Under the pieces are notes generated by a model. It did not search any database. It saw nothing but the letters and a program-made list of their open reading frames with translations, and was not told the DNA's origin. Both the position numbers and the translations under genes were made by a program. Shown here piece by piece: positions 1 through 10,019 of a DNA stretch of 64,000 nucleotides. Within the stretch, counting starts at the first letter, position 1; every line of letters starts with the position of its first letter. The stretch comes from Planktothrix pseudagardhii. GTDB taxonomy: Bacteria; Cyanobacteriota; Cyanobacteriia; Cyanobacteriales; Microcoleaceae. The stretch is taken from positions 3,554,106 through 3,618,105 of the forward strand of contig NZ_LR882967.1 in assembly GCF_904830925.1 (NCBI RefSeq), given 5' to 3'.

Positions 1-1
1 A

Positions 2-1480
2 CTAATCTAATTCCTGTTCTAATACATTAGCGATCGCTCGTTTTGTATTTTCGCTAAATTCTCGCACATTTACCCGATTTAATAAAATAATTGCCAGCAT
101 CATTCCGATGGCTTGAACTGTAAAAACCGTTCCATAAGCTAAAACAGGAACCTGAAAGATCGCCCGTCCTAAATCTAAAACCGCACCCCCTAAAACCGTT
201 GCTAATCCTCGCGCCATTGCTTGAGCTAAACCCCAAGCTCCAATAAAAGTTCCGGCTGTTTCAGCTAAGGTTAAATCTAACATTAAATTAATCGCTCCCG
301 CCGTTAGAATTCCTGAACATAAACCAAAGCCTAATAATGACCCTTTTAAAAAGACAGGGTTAGCGGTAAACCCTGCTATAATGAAGAATATTAAACAAAT
401 TGAAACTCCGACACAACCAATTTTAACTGTATTTTTTTTACCGAGACGAGGAACCATTAAAAATCCCGTTGAAGCAATGCCAATTAAGGTTCCTGTTCCA
501 AAAAACGCATTTAATTTTGTGGTTTCAGACACACACATTCCAAAGACTTCACCCCCATAGGGTTCTAAAATTGCATCCTGCATAAATAAGCTAATGGTCA
601 TCACCAACAAAAAGGTAAAAAATAATCCGGTTTGGGGACTAGCGGTTAAAATTTTAAGGGCACGATTTAAAGTAATTTGATCTTCGCGTTCCACAACAGT
701 AGAGCGCAATTGGTAACGAGAGAACCGACGTTCAATACCGATGGTTGCAATCACGGATAATCCGATCACCATTAACGGTACAATGATAAATAACGGAGTA
801 ACAGAGGCTTGTAATTCAGGTAAATTTGTGGTTGTTGCTATGGGGTTCTCGGTCAAAATCGCAGCCCCACACAGTTCAGGACGATGAAGAATTTTAGAAC
901 TGATAATGGCTCCAATGACAATTCCCACCATTAACATTGACCAAACAATACTAATTAATTTAGAGCGATTATCTTCATCGGAAACATCAAATAAAAGGGC
1001 AGTAAAGGGAGTGGAACTCGCACTTAATGCTAAACCATATCCGGCAAAAATAAACGCTAATAAACCAGCCCATAAATAAGCGATTCCATTAAATCCATTG
1101 GCTTGAATACTAGCCCCTAATTGCCAAACCACTTGTATCGCTAAAAATGAAGCACTGGTAAATAAAATTAACCCAATCCATACATAGCTACTGCGATGAT
1201 ATCCCCATAACGGTTTGGTATCGGACATCTGACCAAACCACACCCTAGCAGGAGCAACAAATTGGTGCATTGCGATCGCCCCTGCTGCAATTAACGCCGG
1301 AACTTTTAACTCATCAATCATAATTCGGTTAATCACACCCAGGGTTAGTAAAGACATAATTCCTAACCCCATTTGATACAAACCTAACCGAAACATGGTA
1401 AATAGAGGAATGGGGGGCAAGGGTTTACCCTCTAGGGGATTAGAGGTTGAGGATTGCTCTGAGGAATCACCGATTTTCAT
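2..1480 (-). CDS. PucC/BCD-family MFS-type membrane transporter (bacteriochlorophyll-delivery-like)
   Basis: 492-aa ORF rich in hydrophobic segments, about 12 predicted TM helices. The N-terminal block PLPPIPLFTMFRLGLYQMGLGIMSLLTLGVINRIM resembles the PucC/BCD MFS family as I recall it. The ORF is complete, with its stop at 2-4. Confidence 0.5.
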   Translation of the reverse strand: MKIGDSSEQSSTSNPLEGKPLPPIPLFTMFRLGLYQMGLGIMSLLTLGVINRIMIDELKVPALIAAGAIAMHQFVAPARVWFGQMSDTKPLWGYHRSSYVWIGLILFTSASFLAIQVVWQLGASIQANGFNGIAYLWAGLLAFIFAGYGLALSASSTPFTALLFDVSDEDNRSKLISIVWSMLMVGIVIGAIISSKILHRPELCGAAILTENPIATTTNLPELQASVTPLFIIVPLMVIGLSVIATIGIERRFSRYQLRSTVVEREDQITLNRALKILTASPQTGLFFTFLLVMTISLFMQDAILEPYGGEVFGMCVSETTKLNAFFGTGTLIGIASTGFLMVPRLGKKNTVKIGCVGVSICLIFFIIAGFTANPVFLKGSLLGFGLCSGILTAGAINLMLDLTLAETAGTFIGAWGLAQAMARGLATVLGGAVLDLGRAIFQVPVLAYGTVFTVQAIGMMLAIILLNRVNVREFSENTKRAIANVLEQELD

Positions 1481-1625
1481 GGGTCGTGAGTTAAGACAGC
1501 AAGAAGGAAAAACAACTCATTTTTAACAATTTTATTAAAATTTAGGCTGAGTTGCATTTTCTGATTATAATAGAAGAGCTACTGAATTTCAAGTTAAACC
1601 AAATTCAAACTATTTGTGATAAAAA

Positions 1626-2231
1626 ATGACTAAAGTTTTATCAAATTTTATCCAAATTAAAGAAGCAAAAATTCATTTCTTAGAAGTAGGAAACTCTCAA
1701 AATCCATCGGTTTTATTCCTTCATGGAGCCAGCTTTAAAGCGAAGACTTGGCAAGAGATTGGAACCCTAGAATTGATGGGTCAAAACCAATATCATGCTA
1801 TTGCTGTGGATCTCCCTGGATATGGCAAATCTCAATCCTTTAGCGGAAATCGAGTTGAGCTTTTATTAGAGCTCATTGATCATCTGAACTTATCAGGGTG
1901 CGTGTTAGTCTCTCCTTCGATGAGTGGGAATTATAGCTTACCCTTTATCGCTCAACATTCAGACCGCTTAGGAGGATTTGTCGCTGTTGCTCCCGTGGGT
2001 ATCCCTCAGATGGTAGAACATTTGCAAAGAATTTCACTGCCAACCTTAGCCATCTGGGGAAGTAATGATAGAATTGTTCCATTGGATCACGCAAAGTTAC
2101 TTCAACAATTCATGCCCAATGTACAAATTGTAATTTTAGAACAAGCCGGTCATGCTTGTTACATGAAAGCAACTCCTAAGTTTCATGAACATCTCATGGA
2201 ATTTGTGAACCGTATAAACTCTCATTCATAA
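1626..2231 (+). CDS. alpha/beta-fold hydrolase
   Basis: 201 aa. Contains the FLHGASFKAKTW oxyanion-region motif, a nucleophile-elbow-like SPSMSG, and a C-terminal GHACY carrying the triad His. Confidence 0.65.
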   Translation: MTKVLSNFIQIKEAKIHFLEVGNSQNPSVLFLHGASFKAKTWQEIGTLELMGQNQYHAIAVDLPGYGKSQSFSGNRVELLLELIDHLNLSGCVLVSPSMSGNYSLPFIAQHSDRLGGFVAVAPVGIPQMVEHLQRISLPTLAIWGSNDRIVPLDHAKLLQQFMPNVQIVILEQAGHACYMKATPKFHEHLMEFVNRINSHS

Positions 2232-2355
2232 CATTTTATTTATCCGTTTTTTTAGAGTTTATTATTTTCCTATTTTTTGCAATCGGATAAAATTATATCC
2301 TCAAGGTTAAATTCAACATTTTTTTCTTAATTACTCCTAGGATGATGATTAAAAG

Positions 2356-2913
2356 ATGACTCACAAAACAGAAAAAGCACTTTTTCTTTTAGGCGGACTC
2401 AGCGATGATGATCTAAGCTGGATTATCAATAAAGCAAAAATAGAAAAACTGCCCCCAGGCGAACGGTTAATTTATGAAGGACGCCCCATTAATGCCCTTT
2501 ATTTTGTATTGAGTGGATTGTTAACGGTGGTGATAGGATCGAAAGAAGATCGAGAATTAGCCCAAATTACGACAGGGGAAGTCGTTGGAGAAATTTCTTT
2601 TATCGATAGTCGCCCACCTTTAGCAACGGTTAAAGCCTTAGAAACCACTCAAGTTTTAGCTATTTCTCGTTTTGATCTCAATAGCAAACTTCACCATGAT
2701 TCTAAATTTGCTGCCCGATTTTATCATGGTTTATCCCTATGTTTAGCCAGTCGGATGCGAGGCACAATTCGACGTTTAGGTTATGATGATCTGACAGAAT
2801 ATGAAATAGATGTACTAGAACCTGAAGAATTTAGTGAACAGACCAAAGAATTTTTAGTTTTAGCTCAAGCTAAATTTAATTGGTTAGTTCAAAATCTTCG
2901 AGCTAGAGAATAA
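2356..2913 (+). CDS. cyclic-nucleotide-binding (CAP-effector) domain protein
   Basis: 185 aa. The cNMP-binding signature GEVVGEISFIDSRPPLATVKALE lies in a beta-roll context (LIYEGRPINALYFVLSGLL). Confidence 0.65.
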   Translation: MTHKTEKALFLLGGLSDDDLSWIINKAKIEKLPPGERLIYEGRPINALYFVLSGLLTVVIGSKEDRELAQITTGEVVGEISFIDSRPPLATVKALETTQVLAISRFDLNSKLHHDSKFAARFYHGLSLCLASRMRGTIRRLGYDDLTEYEIDVLEPEEFSEQTKEFLVLAQAKFNWLVQNLRARE

Positions 2914-2939
2914 AACATCAACTATTTTGAGAGTAGCAA

Positions 2940-3395
2940 CTAGGGGTCATCCTGGGTTGAACTAATCCACTTCCAAAAGGGATGAGTTGGCCCCTGTTTC
3001 AGAATTTTAAAGACTTGCTGTTCTAAACGGTGTTGATAGGCGGGAGAAACCCCGAATAAAATGTTGCGACTATGCCAGACTAACGTTGCTGTTGTCAGAC
3101 CTATACACAACCCCAACCCCAAAGCGGCAAAACGATTATAAGCTAAACCATAACGAACCGCCGACCAAGTAAAATGGTTTTGCCAAAGGGCAATTTCTCC
3201 GCGCAACGCCCACATACTTAAAGGCGCTACGGTAATCCACAAAATTCCAATGACTAACCATCGGGTGTAAACGGTGAGTCGATGCAATTTTTGCACTTGA
3301 GCATTAAACGTTGAATCATCTGGCGAAGGGTTTAATCCCATTTCGGCCTCCTGCTTTTTAACCCCTATCTGCTGTTGCATGAGGACTGTCCTCAT
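2940..3395 (-). CDS. hypothetical membrane protein
   Basis: 151-aa ORF with 3-4 hydrophobic helices and no recognisable motif. Confidence 0.35.
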   Translation of the reverse strand: MRTVLMQQQIGVKKQEAEMGLNPSPDDSTFNAQVQKLHRLTVYTRWLVIGILWITVAPLSMWALRGEIALWQNHFTWSAVRYGLAYNRFAALGLGLCIGLTTATLVWHSRNILFGVSPAYQHRLEQQVFKILKQGPTHPFWKWISSTQDDP

Positions 3396-4011
3396 GGGTC
3401 AATTTTAGAACAGCTTTCACTTATAGCAGAAGAAATTTTTAACGAACTCATAATTGACCTAACTTTTTTTGAATCCAATCAATTCGAGAATTAAATTCTA
3501 GGGTTTCTATGAGCTTGCGGTTCTCATCAGTCATGGTATTTAAGCGTTGATGAATGTCAATTAATATTTGTTCTATTTTTTCAAGGCGCTGCCGTCTTTG
3601 TTGAGATTGGCGATATAAAGGGGAAATTATCGGGCGTTCTTGCAGCATAATTAAAATAATTGACTTGAATTTAAGTTAGCTGAGATCAACAGGTTTGACA
3701 ACTCAACATGGACAGTTTAAAAGCTGGCTCTTTTGAAAAAACCACAACTTGAAACTTTTTGTTAAAGATTGACTCCTGAAACTTAATCGATAAAACCCTG
3801 GTTTCCCTAATAAGATAACAAAGGACAGAAAATTTAACTGTCCTAGGCGGAAAGATTGGAAAGGATATCACTAGATTGAAAAATATTTGGTAATTTATCC
3901 TCTATCTCAAGATAGAATTTTTGCTCAAAACAGATAAAAATAGGGGATTAGGGGTTAACAAGAGGTTAAAAACTTGTTTTAATCTCAAGGATTGCAGTTT
4001 AAAGGTTTAGT

Positions 4012-5772
4012 TTATGAATCAAATTGTTGAGCATAAAATAAAGCATAACGTTCACCTTTTTCTAATAGCTCTTGATGGGTTCCTGATTCCACAATTTGAC
4101 CTTGTTCTAAGACTAAAATTCGAGTAGCACGTCTAACCGTTGCCAAACGATGAGCAATAATAAAAACGGTTCGATTCTGCATTAATCGTTCTAAAGCTTC
4201 TTGAACTAAGGCTTCTGATTCTGAATCTAAGGCTGATGTGGCTTCATCTAAAATTAAGATTCTGGGATTTAATAAAACAGCCCTAGCAATGGCAATTCGT
4301 TGTCGTTGTCCCCCGGATAAATTTACTCCTCGTTCTCCAACAATCGTTTGATAGCCATTCGGAAACTGCATAATAAACGAATCAGCATTGGCAATTTTTG
4401 CAGCTTCTTCGATATCTTTTAATTCATAATAAGCTTGACCAAAGGCAATATTTTGAGCAATGGTTCCTGAAAATAAGGTAATATCTTGGGGAACAATCCC
4501 AATTTGTCGCCGGAGACTTTTTAAGGTGACATCTTGAATATCAATATCATCAATTTTAATAGTTCCTGACTGGCGATCATAAAATCGGGGTAATAAACTC
4601 ACTAATGTTGTTTTTCCAGCCCCCGACGGCCCCACTAAAGCCACCATTTCCCCCGGTTTAACACATAAATTGAGATTCTGTAAAACCGGTTTATTGTGAT
4701 CTTGACTTTGAGAAAAATCCGTTTTAGGATAAGTAAAATTAACGTTATAATATTCGACTTTCCCGGTCACATGGGGTAAAATAAAAGCATTAGGTTTTTC
4801 AAGAACCGTTGGCTGCACGGCTAACAGTTCAAAAATGCGATCGCAAGAAGCTTGACCTTGTTTAAAATCACTATAATTACTCGTAGTTAAAGAGATGGGA
4901 TCTATTAATAACGCCACCGCCGCAATATAACTAATAAACCCACTTCCCGTTAAATTCCCTTGGGAGATTTGCCATCCTCCTAAAAAGAATAATAAAATTA
5001 CACTCATGGCTTCTAAAAAGCCAACCACCACAAATTGTAACGCCTTAACTTGTTCGGCTAAATATTTGGCTTTGCGATTTTGTTCGGCTTCTAAACTAAA
5101 GCGATTAATTTCATATTCTTCCGCCGCAAACGCTTGGACTAACCGAATTCCTCCAAACACTTCTGTTAATAACGCTGCTAAATTAGAAACTCGGTTTTGG
5201 CTATGGCGAGTAAAGGTTAATAATTTTTCGCCAAACCAACCAATTAATACTGCCATAAACGGGGCAATAATTAACGTAGCGAGGGTTAATTGCCAGTTGA
5301 GATAAATCATATATCCCAAAACTACAATTAACTGCAAAATACAGGGAACAAATTGATGGAAAAATTTATTAATTACTTCGCCAATGCGGTCAATATCTTC
5401 CGTGAGGCGATAGGCGAGATCCCCGGTTTTAGCGGTTTCAAAATAGCCAATATTCAGCCGTTGTAAATGACGATAAACTTGTTTTCTTAATTCCAAAGAA
5501 ATCGTTAAGGCAGCTTTTGCCATCAAGGTATCTTGACCATATTGTACCGTTCCCCGCACTAGAAAAACCACCGCCGCCACTCCGGCTAATTGAGCAATGG
5601 CGGAGACATTTCCAGCCCCAATATACCCCGCCATTTGCCCCGCTAACCACGCTAATAACGGCCAGAATACGGTAAAGGCAAGGGTACAAACTAATGCTTT
5701 AGCAATGGTTTGTCCTTGGGTGCGAATATAAGGAATTAATTCCCGGTAGCTAGAAGGTTGTTTTTGTTTCAA
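4012..5772 (-). CDS. ABC transporter, fused permease/ATP-binding (MsbA-like exporter)
   Basis: 586 aa. N-terminal 6-TM domain followed by Walker A GPSGAGKTT, the ABC signature LSGGQRQRIAIARA and Walker B ILILDEATSALD. Confidence 0.9.
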   Translation of the reverse strand: MKQKQPSSYRELIPYIRTQGQTIAKALVCTLAFTVFWPLLAWLAGQMAGYIGAGNVSAIAQLAGVAAVVFLVRGTVQYGQDTLMAKAALTISLELRKQVYRHLQRLNIGYFETAKTGDLAYRLTEDIDRIGEVINKFFHQFVPCILQLIVVLGYMIYLNWQLTLATLIIAPFMAVLIGWFGEKLLTFTRHSQNRVSNLAALLTEVFGGIRLVQAFAAEEYEINRFSLEAEQNRKAKYLAEQVKALQFVVVGFLEAMSVILLFFLGGWQISQGNLTGSGFISYIAAVALLIDPISLTTSNYSDFKQGQASCDRIFELLAVQPTVLEKPNAFILPHVTGKVEYYNVNFTYPKTDFSQSQDHNKPVLQNLNLCVKPGEMVALVGPSGAGKTTLVSLLPRFYDRQSGTIKIDDIDIQDVTLKSLRRQIGIVPQDITLFSGTIAQNIAFGQAYYELKDIEEAAKIANADSFIMQFPNGYQTIVGERGVNLSGGQRQRIAIARAVLLNPRILILDEATSALDSESEALVQEALERLMQNRTVFIIAHRLATVRRATRILVLEQGQIVESGTHQELLEKGERYALFYAQQFDS

Positions 5773-5888
5773 GTTGCGATCGCCAAAACACCTTTTTTAA
5801 CCTATCATATTTTAGAGCAGGGAACAGGGAACAGGGAGGAAAAGACTTCACTTGAATTATCCTTGTTCGTGTCTTCGTGTCTTTGAGG

Positions 5889-8279
5889 TTATAAGTATTG
5901 ATAATAAATTGCCCAAATTGCCATCGCTCTTAAATAATGACTGGCGCGAAATGTGCCAACGGCTGTAATGGCTTCGGGTGTACGAAATTGTAAACCATTT
6001 TCATAGATTTGTTTAACGACAACTTCCGTTAATTCTAACGCTTCCGCTTTCATTCCCATTTGTAAGAAAAACGCGGCTAACCCAAAATTAATTCCTGTCC
6101 AAACTTCTAAGGGATGGGTATCTTGAGGATTAACCGCTTCTCCCGTCGGTCTAACACCATTAGCTGCGCCGAATTGTCCATTATGAAACTTTTTAAAACA
6201 GGAATCATAAACGTTTTTTAAAGCCGAAATTGTACAATCAGCAGGAACAATATCCGGTAATTCTAATAATCTAGCATAGAATTGACCACATAATTGATCT
6301 GCCATGACCACATCAGAGCCACTACCACTATCCAAACGATAATATTGACCATTCCAAAGGTTTTTTTGATACAAAGGTTTAGCCGTTTCTAACCAAGCTT
6401 GATAGGTCGGAAGAACGCTTTTAGGAGACGGGGTAACGGCTTCCTTTTCTAACGCTTTCCCCATAGCAATCATCGCTTCTAATGCTGCTAACCATAACCC
6501 CCCGCAATAGGCACTAATTCCCTGTAATCTCCAATCATCAAAAGTTTGATCAGGTGCGCCACTATTTTCGGGAATTGAATCTTGATCTAAATCAAAGGTT
6601 TTCAGATAATTTAGGGTTTCAACCATCGCTGACCAACAATCTTTTAAAAACTCATAATCTGTTCCCCCCGTTAATCGAAAATCTCGATAAACTTGCAACA
6701 CAAAATCACAAGGTAAATCCTTCCAAAGGTTACAATCTTGATAACTGGTGTAATTGGTTTTTTCCCAAGGATGTTCATTGGGCGCGCCTAAATCATGGGG
6801 AGTTGCACCGACGGCTTTACGAATTGCAGAGGCTTGATTATAACCAATAATTCGCGGGGTATTATCGCCTTGATAAATCGCACGGGAATAGGCAATTAAT
6901 ATGGATTTTTCTAACTCTGGCCATAACATTAAAAGAGAAAATGATCCATATAAACGCACATCTAAACTTTCATACCAGCGATAATCTAAACATTCTAAAA
7001 CTGCAAATTGACCGATAGGATCACGTTCATCTGCCGCAGTCCAAAGTGCACCTCCATCCGTGAGTAAATATAGCTCATTAAAGAGTGCCATTTTAAACCA
7101 ATTGGGTAAATCTTGACGTTGTAAAATTGGGTTTTGCCACAGTTCAATCTGTTCTCGCCAAGTATCAGAATGCTTCATCGCTGTGCGAATCATTGACCAA
7201 GCATTGTGACCATTCCGACCAAAAAAATCAGTATAACGACGATAATAATTAATTCCTGATGCAAATTCAGTAATAGGTAAATCCCAGGCTAAATAAAATG
7301 GAATTTTGCGAGTTTTTCCCGGTCGAATTGTAAATTTAACTGCTAAAGCAACTGCAAGTCGTTCATCTTCTTTGGCCGGATGTTCACTTTCTTGATCTAA
7401 TAATGTGCCATCTTCAGCAAAATATTGCCAAATATCTTCCCCATTTCCTATAGGGTTCCAACGGGTTTGATAATACACTTCAACCGCAGGATTTATAATG
7501 GTGGCAATTGCCATTTGTCCTTCCCCTTCCCGCACCTCTTCATGGGTACTTAGACGAGTCATTAAACAGCCAATACGATGAAAATCTTCAACTAATCGAT
7601 TAACACTTCCGGCACTATTTCCCCATCGGGGTTGATATTCATAAACCGGACTGCCATCATCTCTGACTTTGACTTCAGGACTCGCTAAACTATTGGTAAA
7701 CCATCCAATCGTATTTTCCCAGGTTAATAATATACTTAAGGTAATCGGTTCATCCGTTGGGTTGTGAGCTATCCATTCAAAAATTGCAATAGGATAACTA
7801 CTTTCTTGATAATTTTTTGCCCAAACTGGAGAAAATTGTTCACAAGTTAATTGTGCTGAAAATACATTTTCATAAACAAACCAACTGCGAGGATATAACG
7901 CATGATAGGTTCCTGTTTGTTCAGGATAATTTTTAGGATTAGGATACCAATTCCACGCCGCTAAACTCCCATCTTCTGGCGGTTCTGTTGATAAAGCGTA
8001 AGCTTTTTTTTGACCGTTGATTTCTTCAAAAATACTAAATTGACAAGCGGGAAGATTTCTAAAAATATGTTCTCCCCCGTCCAAATGCCAAAGGTTAAAA
8101 TCTCCCCGTGAAGACCGTCCAATGCAACCTGCACCCAACCCCCCTAACGGCATTCCGTGCCAAGGGCCATCATCTAAATTACTGGCGTAGCGAACGGTAT
8201 AAGGTTTTTCCCACCCTAAACCAATGGGACGACTCCAAGTAGACTCAGGAATATTGTTAATAGGGCTAGAATGGGTCAT
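5889..8279 (-). CDS. GH116-family glycosidase (GBA2-type non-lysosomal glucosylceramidase / bile-acid beta-glucosidase-like)
   Basis: 796 aa. The N-terminal block WHGMPLGGLGAGCIGRSSRGDFNLWHL and overall length match GBA2/GH116 proteins as recalled. Confidence 0.6.
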   Translation of the reverse strand: MTHSSPINNIPESTWSRPIGLGWEKPYTVRYASNLDDGPWHGMPLGGLGAGCIGRSSRGDFNLWHLDGGEHIFRNLPACQFSIFEEINGQKKAYALSTEPPEDGSLAAWNWYPNPKNYPEQTGTYHALYPRSWFVYENVFSAQLTCEQFSPVWAKNYQESSYPIAIFEWIAHNPTDEPITLSILLTWENTIGWFTNSLASPEVKVRDDGSPVYEYQPRWGNSAGSVNRLVEDFHRIGCLMTRLSTHEEVREGEGQMAIATIINPAVEVYYQTRWNPIGNGEDIWQYFAEDGTLLDQESEHPAKEDERLAVALAVKFTIRPGKTRKIPFYLAWDLPITEFASGINYYRRYTDFFGRNGHNAWSMIRTAMKHSDTWREQIELWQNPILQRQDLPNWFKMALFNELYLLTDGGALWTAADERDPIGQFAVLECLDYRWYESLDVRLYGSFSLLMLWPELEKSILIAYSRAIYQGDNTPRIIGYNQASAIRKAVGATPHDLGAPNEHPWEKTNYTSYQDCNLWKDLPCDFVLQVYRDFRLTGGTDYEFLKDCWSAMVETLNYLKTFDLDQDSIPENSGAPDQTFDDWRLQGISAYCGGLWLAALEAMIAMGKALEKEAVTPSPKSVLPTYQAWLETAKPLYQKNLWNGQYYRLDSGSGSDVVMADQLCGQFYARLLELPDIVPADCTISALKNVYDSCFKKFHNGQFGAANGVRPTGEAVNPQDTHPLEVWTGINFGLAAFFLQMGMKAEALELTEVVVKQIYENGLQFRTPEAITAVGTFRASHYLRAMAIWAIYYQYL

Positions 8280-8382
8280 GCGGTTAAGGGATTATGCTAT
8301 TTTAACAAAACTCAATTCCCCGTTTGGGATGTTTTGAATTTTCTCATAATTGAGTTAAATAAGCAAGGGTAATTTTATTCCC

Positions 8383-8778
8383 TCAGTTTTTTTTATGATA
8401 AAAAATCCATAATTCTGCTAAATAATAAAATAGAATAATCCCAATTAAACTTGAGCTTAAATCGAGTAAACTAAAGGTACGACTGGGAAAAAGAGTTTGC
8501 ATCATTTCTTCTGCGATAGTGACTAGGGCAAAAACAAATGGCCCTAGGGGAAAAAATAGGGGATAAATGATAATCTTTTTTCCTCCCCAGGCTAAATGAG
8601 TTAAAAAAGAGGCAATTCCATATAAAATAAAGTGTCCATAGACATCATAATAGGGAATTTGTTCTAATAAACTATAGGGTAAATTTCCTAGATCTGCTGT
8701 AATTACAATTAATAATAACAACAAAAAATAGAGAAAACAAGCAATTTGCCAAGGTTTTTGAGATCGTTTCATTTTCAA
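8383..8778 (-). CDS. small membrane protein, possibly VanZ-like
   Basis: 131 aa with 4 hydrophobic helices. An Asp/His-containing loop (YYDVYGHFILYG) is reminiscent of the VanZ family. Weak call. Confidence 0.3.
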   Translation of the reverse strand: MKMKRSQKPWQIACFLYFLLLLLIVITADLGNLPYSLLEQIPYYDVYGHFILYGIASFLTHLAWGGKKIIIYPLFFPLGPFVFALVTIAEEMMQTLFPSRTFSLLDLSSSLIGIILFYYLAELWIFYHKKN

Positions 8779-8916
8779 CTGATTGATTCAGGGATTACTC
8801 TAAATCTACCACCGCATCCTTGAGGATTTCGGATGATTAACAGTAGAAAGGCTTGATGACTTAAAAATGTAATTTGTGTTATAAATAAACAAATGTCTTC
8901 TATTGATAGCTAAGTT

Positions 8917-10017
8917 ATGCCACCTCGCTTCATCAACGATCGCTATGCTCTATCCCCCAACCCACGATCAGGTGGAATGGCAGATGTCTACCGCGCAAGA
9001 GACTACAACCAAGAAGAACGGCTAGTTGTGGTAAAAGAATTCAAAAATGGACAAATTGAAGCAGATTTTCTAGCCGAATCCTTCAGACGTGAAACCCTAG
9101 CTCTCCAAGAGTTAAAACACCCTAGAATTGTGGAACTCCTTGATTCTGGAAAGGATGAAACTACGGGGAATTATTTTCTGGTTCTGGAGTGGATGGAGAA
9201 AGATTTAACAACACTTTTAAAAGAATCTCCCCCGGAAGATTGGGATTCATTTTGGAAAGCAATAGCCTTACCCACATTGGAAGCTTTAGCATTTTCCCAT
9301 AATCGCGGAATAATACACCGGGATATTAAACCTAGCAATATTTTAGTAGGAAGTGACGGTAAACTTAAACTTGCTGACTTTGGCATATCTAAGCTTAAAA
9401 GATATTTGGAACCCAATATTACACTCAAAGACTTTGTATCGCGTACATTCACGCCGCCAGAATTTGATGATGGTTCCTATACTTACACCCGCGATGTTTT
9501 CAGTTTTGGTGTATTGGTTTTGAAGTGTTTAACTAATATTGAACTAACAGAACATAATAATATTCCCAGCGCTCTAAAAGCGTTTAATGCACCCTCTGAA
9601 ATCGTAGAAGTAATCGAGCGTGCTGTTTCCTTAGACCCCGCAGAGCGTCAGCATAATGCAGATGTATTGTTAGCTGAAATTAATGCTATTCAAAGAAAGA
9701 CAAAAACAGGAGAAATTAAAAAACGTCCTTGCTTTATTGAGCTTACACCAAGGTGCTTAGAACGACTTAGGAATGAATTGAAGATTTCTTCAGAAGTTGA
9801 GATCAAGAATCTTATCCTTGAAGATATCAATAATGAATCTGGTTGTGGCATTCGTCCCTTTAAATTTAAGGACGACACCAACGATGCTGCGTCCCGTGAA
9901 GATCACTACGAAATTTATGGTATTTCCTATCGATATCATATAAAGATAGATCAAAACCAACGACAGCACCTATCCCTCTTCTGTCACTCTCCGAAATCAA
10001 CAAGTAATAAAAAGTAG
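8917..10017 (+). CDS. Ser/Thr protein kinase domain protein; the reading frame runs into the IS inverted repeat at 9970 (3'-disrupted, putative mkoA 5' part)
   Basis: Hanks-type kinase motifs: Gly-loop/Lys (GGMADVYRA..VVVKEF), catalytic loop IIHRDIKPSNIL, DFGISK, and the APE-like TPPEF. The last 16 codons (LSLFCHSPKSTSNKK*) are encoded by the IS terminal repeat. Confidence 0.8.
   Translation: MPPRFINDRYALSPNPRSGGMADVYRARDYNQEERLVVVKEFKNGQIEADFLAESFRRETLALQELKHPRIVELLDSGKDETTGNYFLVLEWMEKDLTTLLKESPPEDWDSFWKAIALPTLEALAFSHNRGIIHRDIKPSNILVGSDGKLKLADFGISKLKRYLEPNITLKDFVSRTFTPPEFDDGSYTYTRDVFSFGVLVLKCLTNIELTEHNNIPSALKAFNAPSEIVEVIERAVSLDPAERQHNADVLLAEINAIQRKTKTGEIKKRPCFIELTPRCLERLRNELKISSEVEIKNLILEDINNESGCGIRPFKFKDDTNDAASREDHYEIYGISYRYHIKIDQNQRQHLSLFCHSPKSTSNKK
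9970..9994. repeat. left terminal inverted repeat of the IS701-like element
   Basis: Matches the reverse complement of 13067-13091 at 24 of 25 positions. Confidence 0.7.
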
Positions 10018-10019
10018 AG

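Noticed and set aside
5006-5689. ORFs of 99 aa (+) and 83 aa (-) inside the ABC transporter gene
   Set aside because: Both lie wholly within a well-supported 586-aa CDS on other frames and are low-complexity, so they are spurious.
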